Below are positions 1 to 9,533 of a stretch of DNA of 64,000 nt, in pieces (position 1 is the stretch's first letter; each line of letters begins with the position of its first letter). Source of the stretch: Candidatus Peregrinibacteria bacterium (GTDB lineage Bacteria > Patescibacteriota > Gracilibacteria > UBA1369); NCBI GenBank assembly GCA_020429235.1, contig JAGQLQ010000013.1:8050-72049 (forward strand). The letters run 5' to 3'. The translations under genes were made by a program, and so were the position numbers. The notes under the pieces are model-generated. The model did not search any database. It saw nothing but the letters and a program-made list of their open reading frames with translations, and was not told the origin of the DNA.

Positions 1-708
1 GTGGTTCGCAGGCTTTCACTCATGGCTGAAACGCTGGCGCATGTATCACTTTTGGGTGTGGCAATTGGACTTTTCGCTGGCGTGCAACCGGTTATCACAG
101 CCACAGCAACAGCCGTACTGGCATCGCTCGGAATCGAGAAAATCCGTACGGGGAAAAAGATTTTTGGAGAGTCCGCGCTCGCGCTCTTTTTCTCAGGGAG
201 TTTGGCCGTGGCATCAATCCTCATGAGTCTCTCAAACGGCTTTCGCAGTAGTTTGTTCAGCTTTCTCTTTGGGAGCGTCACCACCGTCACGCAAACCGAT
301 CTTGTGCTCATTGCTGTTCTTGCGCTTATTCTTGTCGCAGCAGTTTTCTTTACCTATAAGGAACTTTTCCTCGTCTCATTCGACGAAGAACTCGCCCAGA
401 CAGGAGGGATCAACGCGCGCCTCATCAACCTCATCCTGGTCATTCTGGCCGCCATCACGGTCTCACTTTCCATCCGCATCGTCGGAATCCTTCTCATCGG
501 CGCGCTCATGATTATTCCCGTCGTTACCGCAGTTCAAATCGCCAAGAGTTTCAAGCAGGTCCTGGCCTACTCTATTGTGGCCTCGCTTCTCTCCGTCATA
601 TCGGGACTCTTCATCTCCTACTACCTGGACCTCCCAAGCGGAGGAACCATTGTCTGTATCGCGCTCGGCCTCTTCCTCATCAGCCTCATCGCCTCCAGAA
701 AGTCATAG
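1..708 (+). CDS. Metal ABC transporter permease (ABC-3 / ZnuB-MntB type), 5'-truncated by window edge
   Basis: Open from base 1. The product is a polytopic hydrophobic protein (LGVAIGLFAG..., ILLIGALMIIPV...) typical of Zn/Mn ABC-3 permeases. Confidence 0.7.
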   Translation: MVRRLSLMAETLAHVSLLGVAIGLFAGVQPVITATATAVLASLGIEKIRTGKKIFGESALALFFSGSLAVASILMSLSNGFRSSLFSFLFGSVTTVTQTDLVLIAVLALILVAAVFFTYKELFLVSFDEELAQTGGINARLINLILVILAAITVSLSIRIVGILLIGALMIIPVVTAVQIAKSFKQVLAYSIVASLLSVISGLFISYYLDLPSGGTIVCIALGLFLISLIASRKS

Positions 709-1059
709 CTAGCAGCCCTCCTTGGTAAAAGCCGGACCAGTATCCAGGGAGTAAACATCTGCAAAAAGTTCTTCATAACGTTTTTCGCTAATACCAATTT
801 TTAATGCCAGCCTCCTTGCTGCCTCAGATGACGCATGATTAATCTGTTCATTGGCAGAAGAAAGTTTTGCGAGGCTCCGACAGGTTTGAATATCCTCTTT
901 TACATGAGCAGCCAAACGACAAAAAACATCAGTATGAACCTTCTGCGAAATAATCAACCGAATAATAAGCAATTCATCAGAGGTATATTCAGCGCGGCGC
1001 TCAGCAACAACCGCACTCACAATATTCCCCAACTTTACAAACTCATTTGGCTTTGTCAT
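709..1059 (-). CDS. Hypothetical protein (116 aa)
   Basis: An ORF that fills the gap between flanking genes. I recognise no motif. Confidence 0.4.
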   Translation of the reverse strand: MTKPNEFVKLGNIVSAVVAERRAEYTSDELLIIRLIISQKVHTDVFCRLAAHVKEDIQTCRSLAKLSSANEQINHASSEAARRLALKIGISEKRYEELFADVYSLDTGPAFTKEGC

Positions 1060-1124
1060 GAAAACGTAATAAAGGCGATTCAGAATACCGCCTACTCAAA
1101 TTTTGTCAATGTTCTGCCCTCAAA

Positions 1125-2039
1125 CTAGGCTAACATCTTCACTGCCTCCTCCACGCTCGCATCCTCAATCGTCAGCGCGTAAATAGCATTGGTCATTTTC
1201 ACCGCTTCATCAAAAGATTTTTGATGAATATTCCTGCCGGTCGCGTTCCCCATTGCTCCGCTCACATGCAGTTGATCGTAGAGCTCTTTCAAAAACGACT
1301 CATTATCTTTCGACGATCCACCCGCGCACACAACCTTGGTTCTTCCGGCAGCCACAATTGCTTCCTGAAAATCCAAAGCCCGTTGCTGTTCGTTAGCGCC
1401 TTCCGCTTTTGGATAGTTCACTTTCGCAAAATCGGATCCCAAAGTCGCCGCAACCCCGGCAGCTCCCGCCACCAAATGCGGATCCTTCTCATCCGCCACG
1501 GCAGTCCCACGCGGATACATCCACAAGCAGGTTACCAGTCCATGTTCATGAGCTTTAAAAATCAACTGCGCCGCTTCCCGAAGCATAGTTGCTTCAAACT
1601 CACTTCCACAATACACCGTAAATCCTACCCCCAAAATATTCAGACCACTTCGCTTCTTAAACGAAGCCACCTGCTCCAAATCGTACCAGGCCAGGCTCAA
1701 TGGATCCTTCTGGCTTGTCTTCACCAAATGCGTTTTCGAATTCATTTTCACCATATAAGGCACCTCTTTATAATCCATTCCATATCGCGCAATCATCCCC
1801 AGCTGCGTCGCAAAAACACCAATATTCGCCGCATCTGCAACCTTAAAAAGGTGTTCAGGATCAGCAGCATCCTCATGAGCCAGATCCCCAACAAAGTCGT
1901 CATTTAAATGTTCCACCTTCTGGTCCCCCGCAAAAAGCATCAGTTTTCCAGTTCCACGAGTCATGGCATCATAGTTCTTTCTGTATTCATCGTGCATATT
2001 CGCCGGCACATCCAAAGGCACCAAAATATCGTTATTCAT
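1125..2039 (-). CDS. Class I fructose-bisphosphate aldolase, DhnA/FbaB (DeoC/LacD-like) family
   Basis: The 304 aa product has the family-typical N-terminus (KLMLFAGDQKVEHL) and a DFAKVNYP Schiff-base lysine region. Confidence 0.75.
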   Translation of the reverse strand: MNNDILVPLDVPANMHDEYRKNYDAMTRGTGKLMLFAGDQKVEHLNDDFVGDLAHEDAADPEHLFKVADAANIGVFATQLGMIARYGMDYKEVPYMVKMNSKTHLVKTSQKDPLSLAWYDLEQVASFKKRSGLNILGVGFTVYCGSEFEATMLREAAQLIFKAHEHGLVTCLWMYPRGTAVADEKDPHLVAGAAGVAATLGSDFAKVNYPKAEGANEQQRALDFQEAIVAAGRTKVVCAGGSSKDNESFLKELYDQLHVSGAMGNATGRNIHQKSFDEAVKMTNAIYALTIEDASVEEAVKMLA

Positions 2040-2112
2040 AGAAGAATAATTAGAGAATCAATCCTATCTTAAAGCAGGAAACCTCAATCGGCAAATCAAG
2101 CCGCAACCAACA

Positions 2113-2694
2113 TTACCGGAGCCAACCCTTCAAGTTCTCAATAGCCTGTCGTGCTTTTTGAACAATATGAACAGGCTCATCAGTCGGCAAAATATAAAAG
2201 GTGCATCCCCCATCTGCCAAATCTGCCTGGATCTCTTCCGGCTGCATCTTATAAAGAAACGATCGTTCCCACGCAAAATTATCTTTAGAAACATCAAACT
2301 CATCAATAACCATAAATCGCAGATATTTCCCATCAACCTGCTTCTGCTCATCCAGCGGGAGACCCTTATTCGAAACTGGAACAACCGTCGCACAACATTT
2401 ATGCCCAGGCTCAAAAAAATCTTTCTGTTCCTGCGTATTCATCCGCGCAATAATCTCAAGATAATGGTCAACAATTCGTGGCTCAAGCAGTCTCTCTACG
2501 ATAACCTCCTGCAAAAGCTCATGCACAGCTCTCTTGTAATCATCCATCTGAAAAGCTTCCACCAATTGCTTTCCAACAATTTCTCCACTCTTCATTTCTC
2601 CACACATCGCCATATGATCACCAATCATATCAGCAATTTGCTTTGAAGATTTCGGTCCTTCGCATCCACCAGCATGATTTACTCTATTATTCAC
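2113..2694 (-). CDS. Hypothetical protein (193 aa)
   Basis: Clean ORF lying 10 nt downstream of the kinase-like gene on the same strand. I recognise no motif. Confidence 0.5.
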   Translation of the reverse strand: MNNRVNHAGGCEGPKSSKQIADMIGDHMAMCGEMKSGEIVGKQLVEAFQMDDYKRAVHELLQEVIVERLLEPRIVDHYLEIIARMNTQEQKDFFEPGHKCCATVVPVSNKGLPLDEQKQVDGKYLRFMVIDEFDVSKDNFAWERSFLYKMQPEEIQADLADGGCTFYILPTDEPVHIVQKARQAIENLKGWLR

Positions 2695-2703
2695 GGGAGG
2701 AGA

Positions 2704-4491
2704 TTAAGAAGTAGGGAGGGATTCATAAGCATGTCTCAGCTTTTCCTGAAGTTCCAGCAGAGCACCTTCTCTATAGAGATTCTCACCCTGCGCGAACCAT
2801 GTAAAGGCATTATCAATAACAGAAAATTGTTCAACCGTCAAGTTTTGCTGAAAGATATCCTTCATATCCTGATCATAAATCGCCAGTAGCGACTGATTAT
2901 CAATCCCATAAAAGCGCTCCTCAGCATCTGCAGCAATATAGGCATCCTGTTCAGCACTTGTGGAGAAGGATGGAGTAAATGCCCAGTTTTTAAGAAGTTC
3001 CGGCTTGTCTTTTTCGGTCCGATAAAGACCATCATTCACAGCCAAAGGATTATTATCAATCACTTGTGTGTACCAGCCACCTTCAAGCTGGAATAAAATC
3101 ACATTCTCCCCTTTCAAATCACCATGAACATATTTTCTCTCTTGATATTCAGCAACACCATCAATCATTCCAATAAGAGCCCGAAGTGTATCGCGAACCG
3201 GTAATTCATTCGGAGCACGTCGCAAAGATTGCACGTTATCGGCCGACTCATAAACAATAAAGTCTTTGGTAATCTCCAATGCTGTATTGAGATGTTCAGA
3301 ATTCCAGCTTCGAACCACTTCGGCATTTTCACGCTCCTGATCAAAGAAAAACCCTTTAGTATGAGGAAGCTTGGCAGCTCCAAAACGAATCGAAGTATCT
3401 TCATTCACAAAATACTGGCAGCGATACACTCTCCCAAAACCACCTTCACCAAGCGTGTCGGTCACATAAGCACGAACGCGTTGATTGTCATCATCAACAC
3501 TTTCAAAATAAATACCCTCAGCAACGGTCTGAATTTCATCAGGTGAAAGAAGATCATGATTCTCAATCAAGAAAAGAAAGCTATCAACATCTCGCTCCTG
3601 TAAACGCAAAAGGGCCATACTCATAGGATCGTTCCGATCGTACTCCTCATTCAAAATAGTATGGCTCACCTCTACCAGTTTTTCATGCGTTGTATCTGGA
3701 TTTCGCAAAAGGTCACGGAAAAGCCGGGTATCGTCATACAATTGCTTATGCGATTCATACTCCCCGCGAACCTCATCCAGGAGTGGCAGAGCTTTCTGTT
3801 CAATCAGCATCGTAAGCACCTCATGGCCATAACGCCTGTACTCAAGCAATCTTTTCTCAAACGTTAAAAGGTATTCTCCAGTTGGCTTGTACACATCTCT
3901 TTGCGCAAGCAAAGCCAGGATATCAAGCCCTTGAATGTCAGAAACAAGCCGCCGATGAAATTTTTCATAGTGAGGATCCAATCCTTCATCAACCAAAAAG
4001 AATTTGTACAGATACCTTTTTCGCAGATACGGACTCTTCCAAAGCGTTGCAAAAAGCATTGATCGGGTACGTTCATCCGCAAACTGCACCAGCTGTAAAA
4101 GCATATCAGGCAAATCCTCAGCATGGTAATCCTTCAAATGAGCAATCAGATACGCAATGAGAGCCAACCGATCTGATGGACTCGTCATAGCTAATTCGCC
4201 GGAATTAAAGCGGCGAATAACATCTTGTAGTTCAGCTTGGCCAGCAAGAACCTTCTGCCGAAGCTCAGCACGCTCCTCAGGTGAAAGTGGACTATTCTTT
4301 TCTGTCGGAGCATCCAAAACCTCCGACACTTTTTTAGCCACATTGGTAACATTGTCATCAATGGCCGATTCTTCAGTTTGTGTATCCTGCTTTTTTTCAG
4401 GACGCTCAAGAGTCGGCAGATTTACATCCATGTCGGACATTGACGGCATATGCTCCTCAGTATCTTTTTGTTGATCTTCCCGTGGTTCCAT
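2704..4491 (-). CDS. Orphan protein with C-terminal eukaryotic-like protein kinase domain
   Basis: C-terminal kinase signatures are present: G-loop GEGGFGRV, AAK lysine, catalytic loop HGDLKGENV, and IDNN in place of DFG. The N-terminal ~340 aa are acidic/helical with no motif I recognise. Confidence 0.6.
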   Translation of the reverse strand: MEPREDQQKDTEEHMPSMSDMDVNLPTLERPEKKQDTQTEESAIDDNVTNVAKKVSEVLDAPTEKNSPLSPEERAELRQKVLAGQAELQDVIRRFNSGELAMTSPSDRLALIAYLIAHLKDYHAEDLPDMLLQLVQFADERTRSMLFATLWKSPYLRKRYLYKFFLVDEGLDPHYEKFHRRLVSDIQGLDILALLAQRDVYKPTGEYLLTFEKRLLEYRRYGHEVLTMLIEQKALPLLDEVRGEYESHKQLYDDTRLFRDLLRNPDTTHEKLVEVSHTILNEEYDRNDPMSMALLRLQERDVDSFLFLIENHDLLSPDEIQTVAEGIYFESVDDDNQRVRAYVTDTLGEGGFGRVYRCQYFVNEDTSIRFGAAKLPHTKGFFFDQERENAEVVRSWNSEHLNTALEITKDFIVYESADNVQSLRRAPNELPVRDTLRALIGMIDGVAEYQERKYVHGDLKGENVILFQLEGGWYTQVIDNNPLAVNDGLYRTEKDKPELLKNWAFTPSFSTSAEQDAYIAADAEERFYGIDNQSLLAIYDQDMKDIFQQNLTVEQFSVIDNAFTWFAQGENLYREGALLELQEKLRHAYESLPTS

Positions 4492-4588
4492 AAAACTGGA
4501 TAAATCTTATTATTATACCATAAATTGGAAGTTTAGTGAACTCCCAGGCCTGTAAAAGCCATGTTGTACAAAACCATTACAGTAATGA

Positions 4589-4616
4589 TTGACAAAAAAG
4601 CCTAAAATCCTTACAT
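4589..4616 (+). promoter_or_regulatory. Putative sigma70-type promoter for the 515 aa orphan gene
   Basis: TTGACA, then an 18-nt spacer, then TACATT, about 25 nt upstream of the ATG at 4642. The first 13 nt (TTGACAAAAAAGC) are identical to the promoter at 43309. Confidence 0.4.
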
Positions 4617-4641
4617 TTCTCCCCTCATTACACCATCAAAA

Positions 4642-6189
4642 ATGCGCCCAAAAGAGTCCCCATTTGAAGGAACAGTAGACGTTTCTGTGAGCAATTTGCA
4701 GCAGCCAGCTGCTCCTTTCAAAATAGGAAGAGAAATATCCGTCGGATACATCAACCAGGCCTTTCAAGGGCAAGACCCTTCACAGGAAACCGTCTCGATA
4801 AAGCAGGGGCAGGGTTCTCACCAGGAACAGCAAACCCAATTCGACCCACAAGAATATGTAAACTGGTACAGAGCCTTCCCAATCAATCCACGGGAGGTAA
4901 ACAAACAGTACCAGGAGTTGGAGCAACACATGGCCTACGCACTCACCAGCCTTGGTGAGCATTTGCCACAGGAAATCCAGGAACGATACCAACAAATAGC
5001 ACAAAATATTCACTCCTATCACGAAATGCAAATGGAGCTCCTGCGCACATCCCACCCGGATCCGGAGCAGCTCACAAAGACCGTCTTTACCGACACATTC
5101 GTTACCACGTGCGCCAAGCTCCTCAACGACATGAAGGCACTCGGGGAAAAGCTCTACCTTCGCCTCAACGAACAGGTGGTAAGAGAAAGACGCATGACAT
5201 TTCAGGCAAGCCAGGGCGGACAAGAGGTTCGCAAAAGATATCCATTTCTGGCAGACCGCTATACCACCAGCCTTGATACAGTGGAAAAGGCAAAAGAGGC
5301 ATACGAAAAGGAGGTTCGTGACGGGGTTGAAGTCGATTGCCATCAGGCATATGCAAATTTGAGGGGGCACGAGCATACCCAAAAATATCCCTTGGAAGCA
5401 ATAAAGCGCTACGCTCAGGATAAAACAGAAGCTGCTATTAAAAGCGCAATAGAAGCAGCGAATCTCCCTGACGAAGTAAAAATTCAGATATACCAACAAA
5501 TCCCAAAGGCGATTCATACATTCTCCTCGCACAGTAATGAACAGGAAACCGCCAGCTATATGAAGTTGGATCGAATCATCACCCGCAATCCCGAAACCGA
5601 GGATCTGCTGAGCGCTATTATTGCAAACCTCATCCGCGGATATGCCCTTTCATCAGCAGCCTATCGGGACGAAAATGAAAACTTGGCAATCCTGTGGGCA
5701 TATTCTTACGCCATACAGAAAGGACACACATTCTTTTTGAATTCAGAAAACTCTCAGCACAATGGAGCAATCGCCGATACAGTCTATATCCGTTCTCCAA
5801 AAATGAGCAGATTCTTATCGCAAGAAGGATTTTTCCAGCCACTCGAGCGGTACGATGCGGCATTCATCCCAGACTACCTGGCCCTCGCAATGGGCAACAA
5901 AAAACTGGAGTTTGTCGCAGCTCAGCTTCGGGACGGATTTTCATCACAGCAAAACGACAAACACACAATTGTAGGAAACCACAGCGCATTCCTGCTTTTC
6001 CAAAGATCGACAGCCAACCAGGAAATCCTGACAGGGTATAGTACCCAGGGCAAACCAGAAGCGGTTGTCCACATTGCTGAAACCGATGACGCTGTAACCA
6101 GGCTCAACAATCTTCGCCTGGATGCTGCCATGGCTATCCACGCACTCATGCAAAGATCAGGAGCATTGTCGATTCAAAAGGGGAGTTGA
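4642..6189 (+). CDS. Hypothetical protein (515 aa), divergent from the kinase-like gene
   Basis: Long clean ORF with no TM segment, no signal peptide and no motif I recognise. Confidence 0.6.
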   Translation: MRPKESPFEGTVDVSVSNLQQPAAPFKIGREISVGYINQAFQGQDPSQETVSIKQGQGSHQEQQTQFDPQEYVNWYRAFPINPREVNKQYQELEQHMAYALTSLGEHLPQEIQERYQQIAQNIHSYHEMQMELLRTSHPDPEQLTKTVFTDTFVTTCAKLLNDMKALGEKLYLRLNEQVVRERRMTFQASQGGQEVRKRYPFLADRYTTSLDTVEKAKEAYEKEVRDGVEVDCHQAYANLRGHEHTQKYPLEAIKRYAQDKTEAAIKSAIEAANLPDEVKIQIYQQIPKAIHTFSSHSNEQETASYMKLDRIITRNPETEDLLSAIIANLIRGYALSSAAYRDENENLAILWAYSYAIQKGHTFFLNSENSQHNGAIADTVYIRSPKMSRFLSQEGFFQPLERYDAAFIPDYLALAMGNKKLEFVAAQLRDGFSSQQNDKHTIVGNHSAFLLFQRSTANQEILTGYSTQGKPEAVVHIAETDDAVTRLNNLRLDAAMAIHALMQRSGALSIQKGS

Positions 6190-6510
6190 TGAATTTTGTA
6201 TTGAGAAACAAACGTAATCATATTGATTATGAGATTATATACAGAGACATGGATTTGAATCGTTTCATGTTGATAATAACCGATTCGGGCAAGATATTTC
6301 AGGAGAAAAAACTCTGAAAACGTAAAGACCATCAGGACAAAGCTATTTCATGTAGTTTTTGGGAAAGTTCTTAAAAGGTTTAATTTTTTCATACATTGCA
6401 TATACAAGTTTTTGGCTCCGGGCAAATCAACCCGACAAATATCAAAGTAAATTTACCGTTTAAATCATATATTTGTCGCATGTTTTTTGTTGGCATTTAT
6501 TTCGGAAATA

Positions 6511-7539
6511 ATGAGACGTAAGATAGTTGTTGTGATATTGGGGTTGTTTGCTCTGGGAGTTGTTGCTTTGGCAATTGGGTATAATTTTTTATATGGCGAC
6601 AAGGTCAGGTTAGGCGACAATGAGAGGTTGTTGGTAATACTCCCGGAAAATACCTACGAAGAGGTTTTCGGGATGATAACCGACTCCCTGGATATCGAGA
6701 ATCCGGAGATTCTTGATTGGGTGGCGAGAAAAAAATCCTATCCTTCACTTATAAAACCGGGACGATACCTTTTTAGCGGGGAGATGAGCTATGTTGATGT
6801 TATCGACAGGCTTAGATCCGGTGATCAGCAACCCGTTGAGGTAACCTTCAACAACATACGAACTTTGAACGATCTTGCGGGTAAAGTAGGCAAGCAAATT
6901 AAAGCCGACTCTGCGGAGATAATCGCTTTTATTGAGGATACCTCAAACTATGCGGAAGATGGGTTTAGCAGGGAGACCGTGATAGCTGTCTTCATCCCCA
7001 ATACATATGAGATGTATTGGAATACCTCAGCGGAAGGGTTCTACAAAAGGATGTTGCAGGAGTACCACAAATTTTGGAACGAAGAGCGTACAAACAAGGC
7101 CGCGGCAAAAGGGTTGGATCCTATAGGTGTGTCGATTTTGGCGTCGATAATCGACGATGAGGTGGTGAAAGCCGACGAGAAGCCGAGGATAGCTGGAGTT
7201 TATTTGAACAGGTTGGATAGAGGAATGCTACTTCAAGCTTGTCCCACAATAAAGTTCGCATTGAACGATTTCACTATCACCCGTGTTTTGAACAAGCATC
7301 TGATAGTTGAGTCGCCTTACAACACTTATAAATACAAAGGATTGCCTCCTGGTCCCATAGGGTGCCCGACTATAGAAGGGATAAACGCTGTACTGAACGC
7401 CGAGGAACATGATTATATATTTTTTGCCGCTAAAGCCGATTTCTCGGGCTATCATAATTTTTCGAAGACACTTAGCGAGCATAATAGGTACGCCGACGAA
7501 TACCAGAGAGAACTGGATAAGAGAAAGATTTTTGATTAG
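6511..7539 (+). CDS. mltG: Endolytic murein transglycosylase MltG (YceG family)
   Basis: N-terminal TM segment and the YceG signature block (RIAGVYLNRL... YNTYKYKGLPPGPIGCP). I moved the start to the ATG at 6511 (MRRKIVVV...). The gene lies in the AT-rich segment. Confidence 0.85.
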   Translation: MRRKIVVVILGLFALGVVALAIGYNFLYGDKVRLGDNERLLVILPENTYEEVFGMITDSLDIENPEILDWVARKKSYPSLIKPGRYLFSGEMSYVDVIDRLRSGDQQPVEVTFNNIRTLNDLAGKVGKQIKADSAEIIAFIEDTSNYAEDGFSRETVIAVFIPNTYEMYWNTSAEGFYKRMLQEYHKFWNEERTNKAAAKGLDPIGVSILASIIDDEVVKADEKPRIAGVYLNRLDRGMLLQACPTIKFALNDFTITRVLNKHLIVESPYNTYKYKGLPPGPIGCPTIEGINAVLNAEEHDYIFFAAKADFSGYHNFSKTLSEHNRYADEYQRELDKRKIFD

Positions 7540-7603
7540 AAAACAGCACTGATCCCTAATGATATTTTACCGGGAAAACCTTGGCCACGGAGGAATTCTT
7601 CGC

Positions 7604-8602
7604 TCATAAAACTACTTCAACCTCCCTTTCGAGATTTACGTTGAACTTTTCAGCTACAGAGTTCCTGATTTCTTCTGAGAGGTTGAGTATGTCCATGCCC
7701 GATGCTTTACCAAAATTAACAAGAACCAACGGTTGTTTGTCGTGTACCCCCGCATCACCCACTCTTATTCCTTTCCACCCACACTGGTCGATCAACCAAG
7801 CTGCTGACAGTTTTTTGTTGTTATCCGACTCATAATAAACTGGCATCTTTGGATAAACCGATAAAAGAGTTGCCGCAATTTGGGAACTTACCACCGGGTT
7901 TTTGAAAAAGCTTCCGGCATTGCCCAAAATTTTGGGATCGGGTAGTTTTTTCCCTCTAATGTTGATAACAGCTTTTCGGATGTTTATGGGGTTTATTTCT
8001 CCGAATCTGGCTATTTCATCTTGTAACCTGTCGTATTTATTGTCAGTTTTAAAAGACCTTGACAGCAAAAAGAAAACTTTGGTAATCAGATATTTATTTT
8101 TGAGTTCTTTTTTAAAGACGCTATCGCGGTAACCGAAATGGCACTCTTCGTTGTTGAACTCCCTTGTTTCACCGTTAGCCAGGCAGATGGCCCTGACTTT
8201 ACAGATGCTGTCTTTTGCTTCCGCACCATATGCCCCGATGTTCTGTACCGGAGAGGCTCCTACATTTCCTGGTATATCAGAAAGAGATTCAAGTCCGTGA
8301 TACCCATTCTCAACGCACCATCTTACAAGATCGTCCCAAACGACACCAGCACCGGCAGCGACAATCACCTTGTCGGTTCCGGCCATATCAACTGAAATGC
8401 CGCCCATTGTTGGTTGAATTACAGTGCCCACAACGTCGGCACAAAAAAGAAAATTTGAACCTCCCCCCAATACAATTGTTTTATCGGTTACAGGCAAAAT
8501 GGATTTGAGTTCTTCCTCGCTGGAGCAGGAGATAAATGTTTTGGCCTTGTAGTCGAGGTTAAAGGTATTGAGACCGAGTAGCGGGAAATTATGCTGGATC
8601 AT
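7604..8602 (-). CDS. murB: UDP-N-acetylenolpyruvoylglucosamine reductase, long (type I, E. coli/Bacteroidota-like) form
   Basis: The 332 aa product has the FAD-binding N-terminal domain (LGGGSNFLF) and the MurB C-terminal domain (SAAWLIDQCGWKG). It lies in the AT-rich segment. Confidence 0.85.
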   Translation of the reverse strand: MIQHNFPLLGLNTFNLDYKAKTFISCSSEEELKSILPVTDKTIVLGGGSNFLFCADVVGTVIQPTMGGISVDMAGTDKVIVAAGAGVVWDDLVRWCVENGYHGLESLSDIPGNVGASPVQNIGAYGAEAKDSICKVRAICLANGETREFNNEECHFGYRDSVFKKELKNKYLITKVFFLLSRSFKTDNKYDRLQDEIARFGEINPINIRKAVINIRGKKLPDPKILGNAGSFFKNPVVSSQIAATLLSVYPKMPVYYESDNNKKLSAAWLIDQCGWKGIRVGDAGVHDKQPLVLVNFGKASGMDILNLSEEIRNSVAEKFNVNLEREVEVVL

Positions 8603-8909
8603 TAACGTTCAAATAAGTTTGGTAAAAATACAAAATATTGGTCTTATGGAGGCGGAAATTTTGGATCTGGTCGCAAGATTAAAAAAAAATGGGACATTAA
8701 AAGGAATATTTGGCTGTTGAAGATTGTCATTGTAAGAAAACAGATTGAACCGTTTGGGGGCTTTTGTTAATAATTGTTAAACACAGATTATCAATAAGTC
8801 AGGGTTTCAATTTTATATAATTTTGTAAACAATTAAGTGATAATAATATCATAGATAAAAAGCAGAAATAAAGAAAAGAGCAAACGAACTCCACTCAAAA
8901 GCCCAGGAA

Positions 8910-9518
8910 TTAAAAGGCAAAAAATAGCATCGCCGCGGCCATAACCACCATCGACAAATCTTCCACCAACGTCACATTTGAAAGTGGCAGTTTCAAAAAA
9001 GTACCCAGGCAGGCACACATAATTTTCTGCTTTTTCATCATACTTCGAATCACTCCCAGGCTGCTAAATAGCATCAGTACCAATGTCACCCAGTTCACAA
9101 TATCCAGCTGAAAACGGATCAGATAAGCCAGTCCAAGCCCCACTTCCATCATCGCATACACATAACCATAAGCCGGAATCTTCATCGCCAGAAGATCATA
9201 CGTTGAGTATCCCTCAACAAACCCTTTCAAATCCAACATCTTCACCCCTCCAAACACCAAAAAAGCACCGGCCATAAAATTCATCATCACCTCCTGCCAC
9301 GCAAAATTCCCAGCAACAAAATCCCGCAGACCCGTTGCCGCTGCCGCCAAAGCAATCATCCCAATCAATGTAAACAGTTTGCCATACTCCTTGTCGTCCC
9401 CCTCTTTCTTAAGCTCCAGTTCAGACTCCTTCACCAAAGCCATACCGCACTTCGGACACTTTCCCGGCCCATCCTGCCGGACCTCCGGATGCATTGGACA
9501 TGTATACATTTCGTTCAT
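8910..9518 (-). CDS. Heavy-metal-binding (CPxH...CPxCGM) domain fused to MauE/DoxX-like membrane domain
   Basis: N-terminal YTCPMHPEV...GKCPKCGMAL motif, as seen in CopA N-terminal metal-binding domains. Four predicted TM helices follow. Confidence 0.6.
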   Translation of the reverse strand: MNEMYTCPMHPEVRQDGPGKCPKCGMALVKESELELKKEGDDKEYGKLFTLIGMIALAAAATGLRDFVAGNFAWQEVMMNFMAGAFLVFGGVKMLDLKGFVEGYSTYDLLAMKIPAYGYVYAMMEVGLGLAYLIRFQLDIVNWVTLVLMLFSSLGVIRSMMKKQKIMCACLGTFLKLPLSNVTLVEDLSMVVMAAAMLFFAF

Positions 9519-9533
9519 ACAGGGATTATAAAA

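Noticed and set aside
6192-8827. A 9-nt direct repeat AATTTTGTA at both edges of the AT-rich insert (6192..6200 and 8819..8827) as a target-site duplication.
   Set aside because: A 9-mer made of A/T plus one G is expected by chance between two ~300-nt AT-rich regions. No transposase, integrase or inverted repeats accompany it. I kept it only as a hint for junction analysis.
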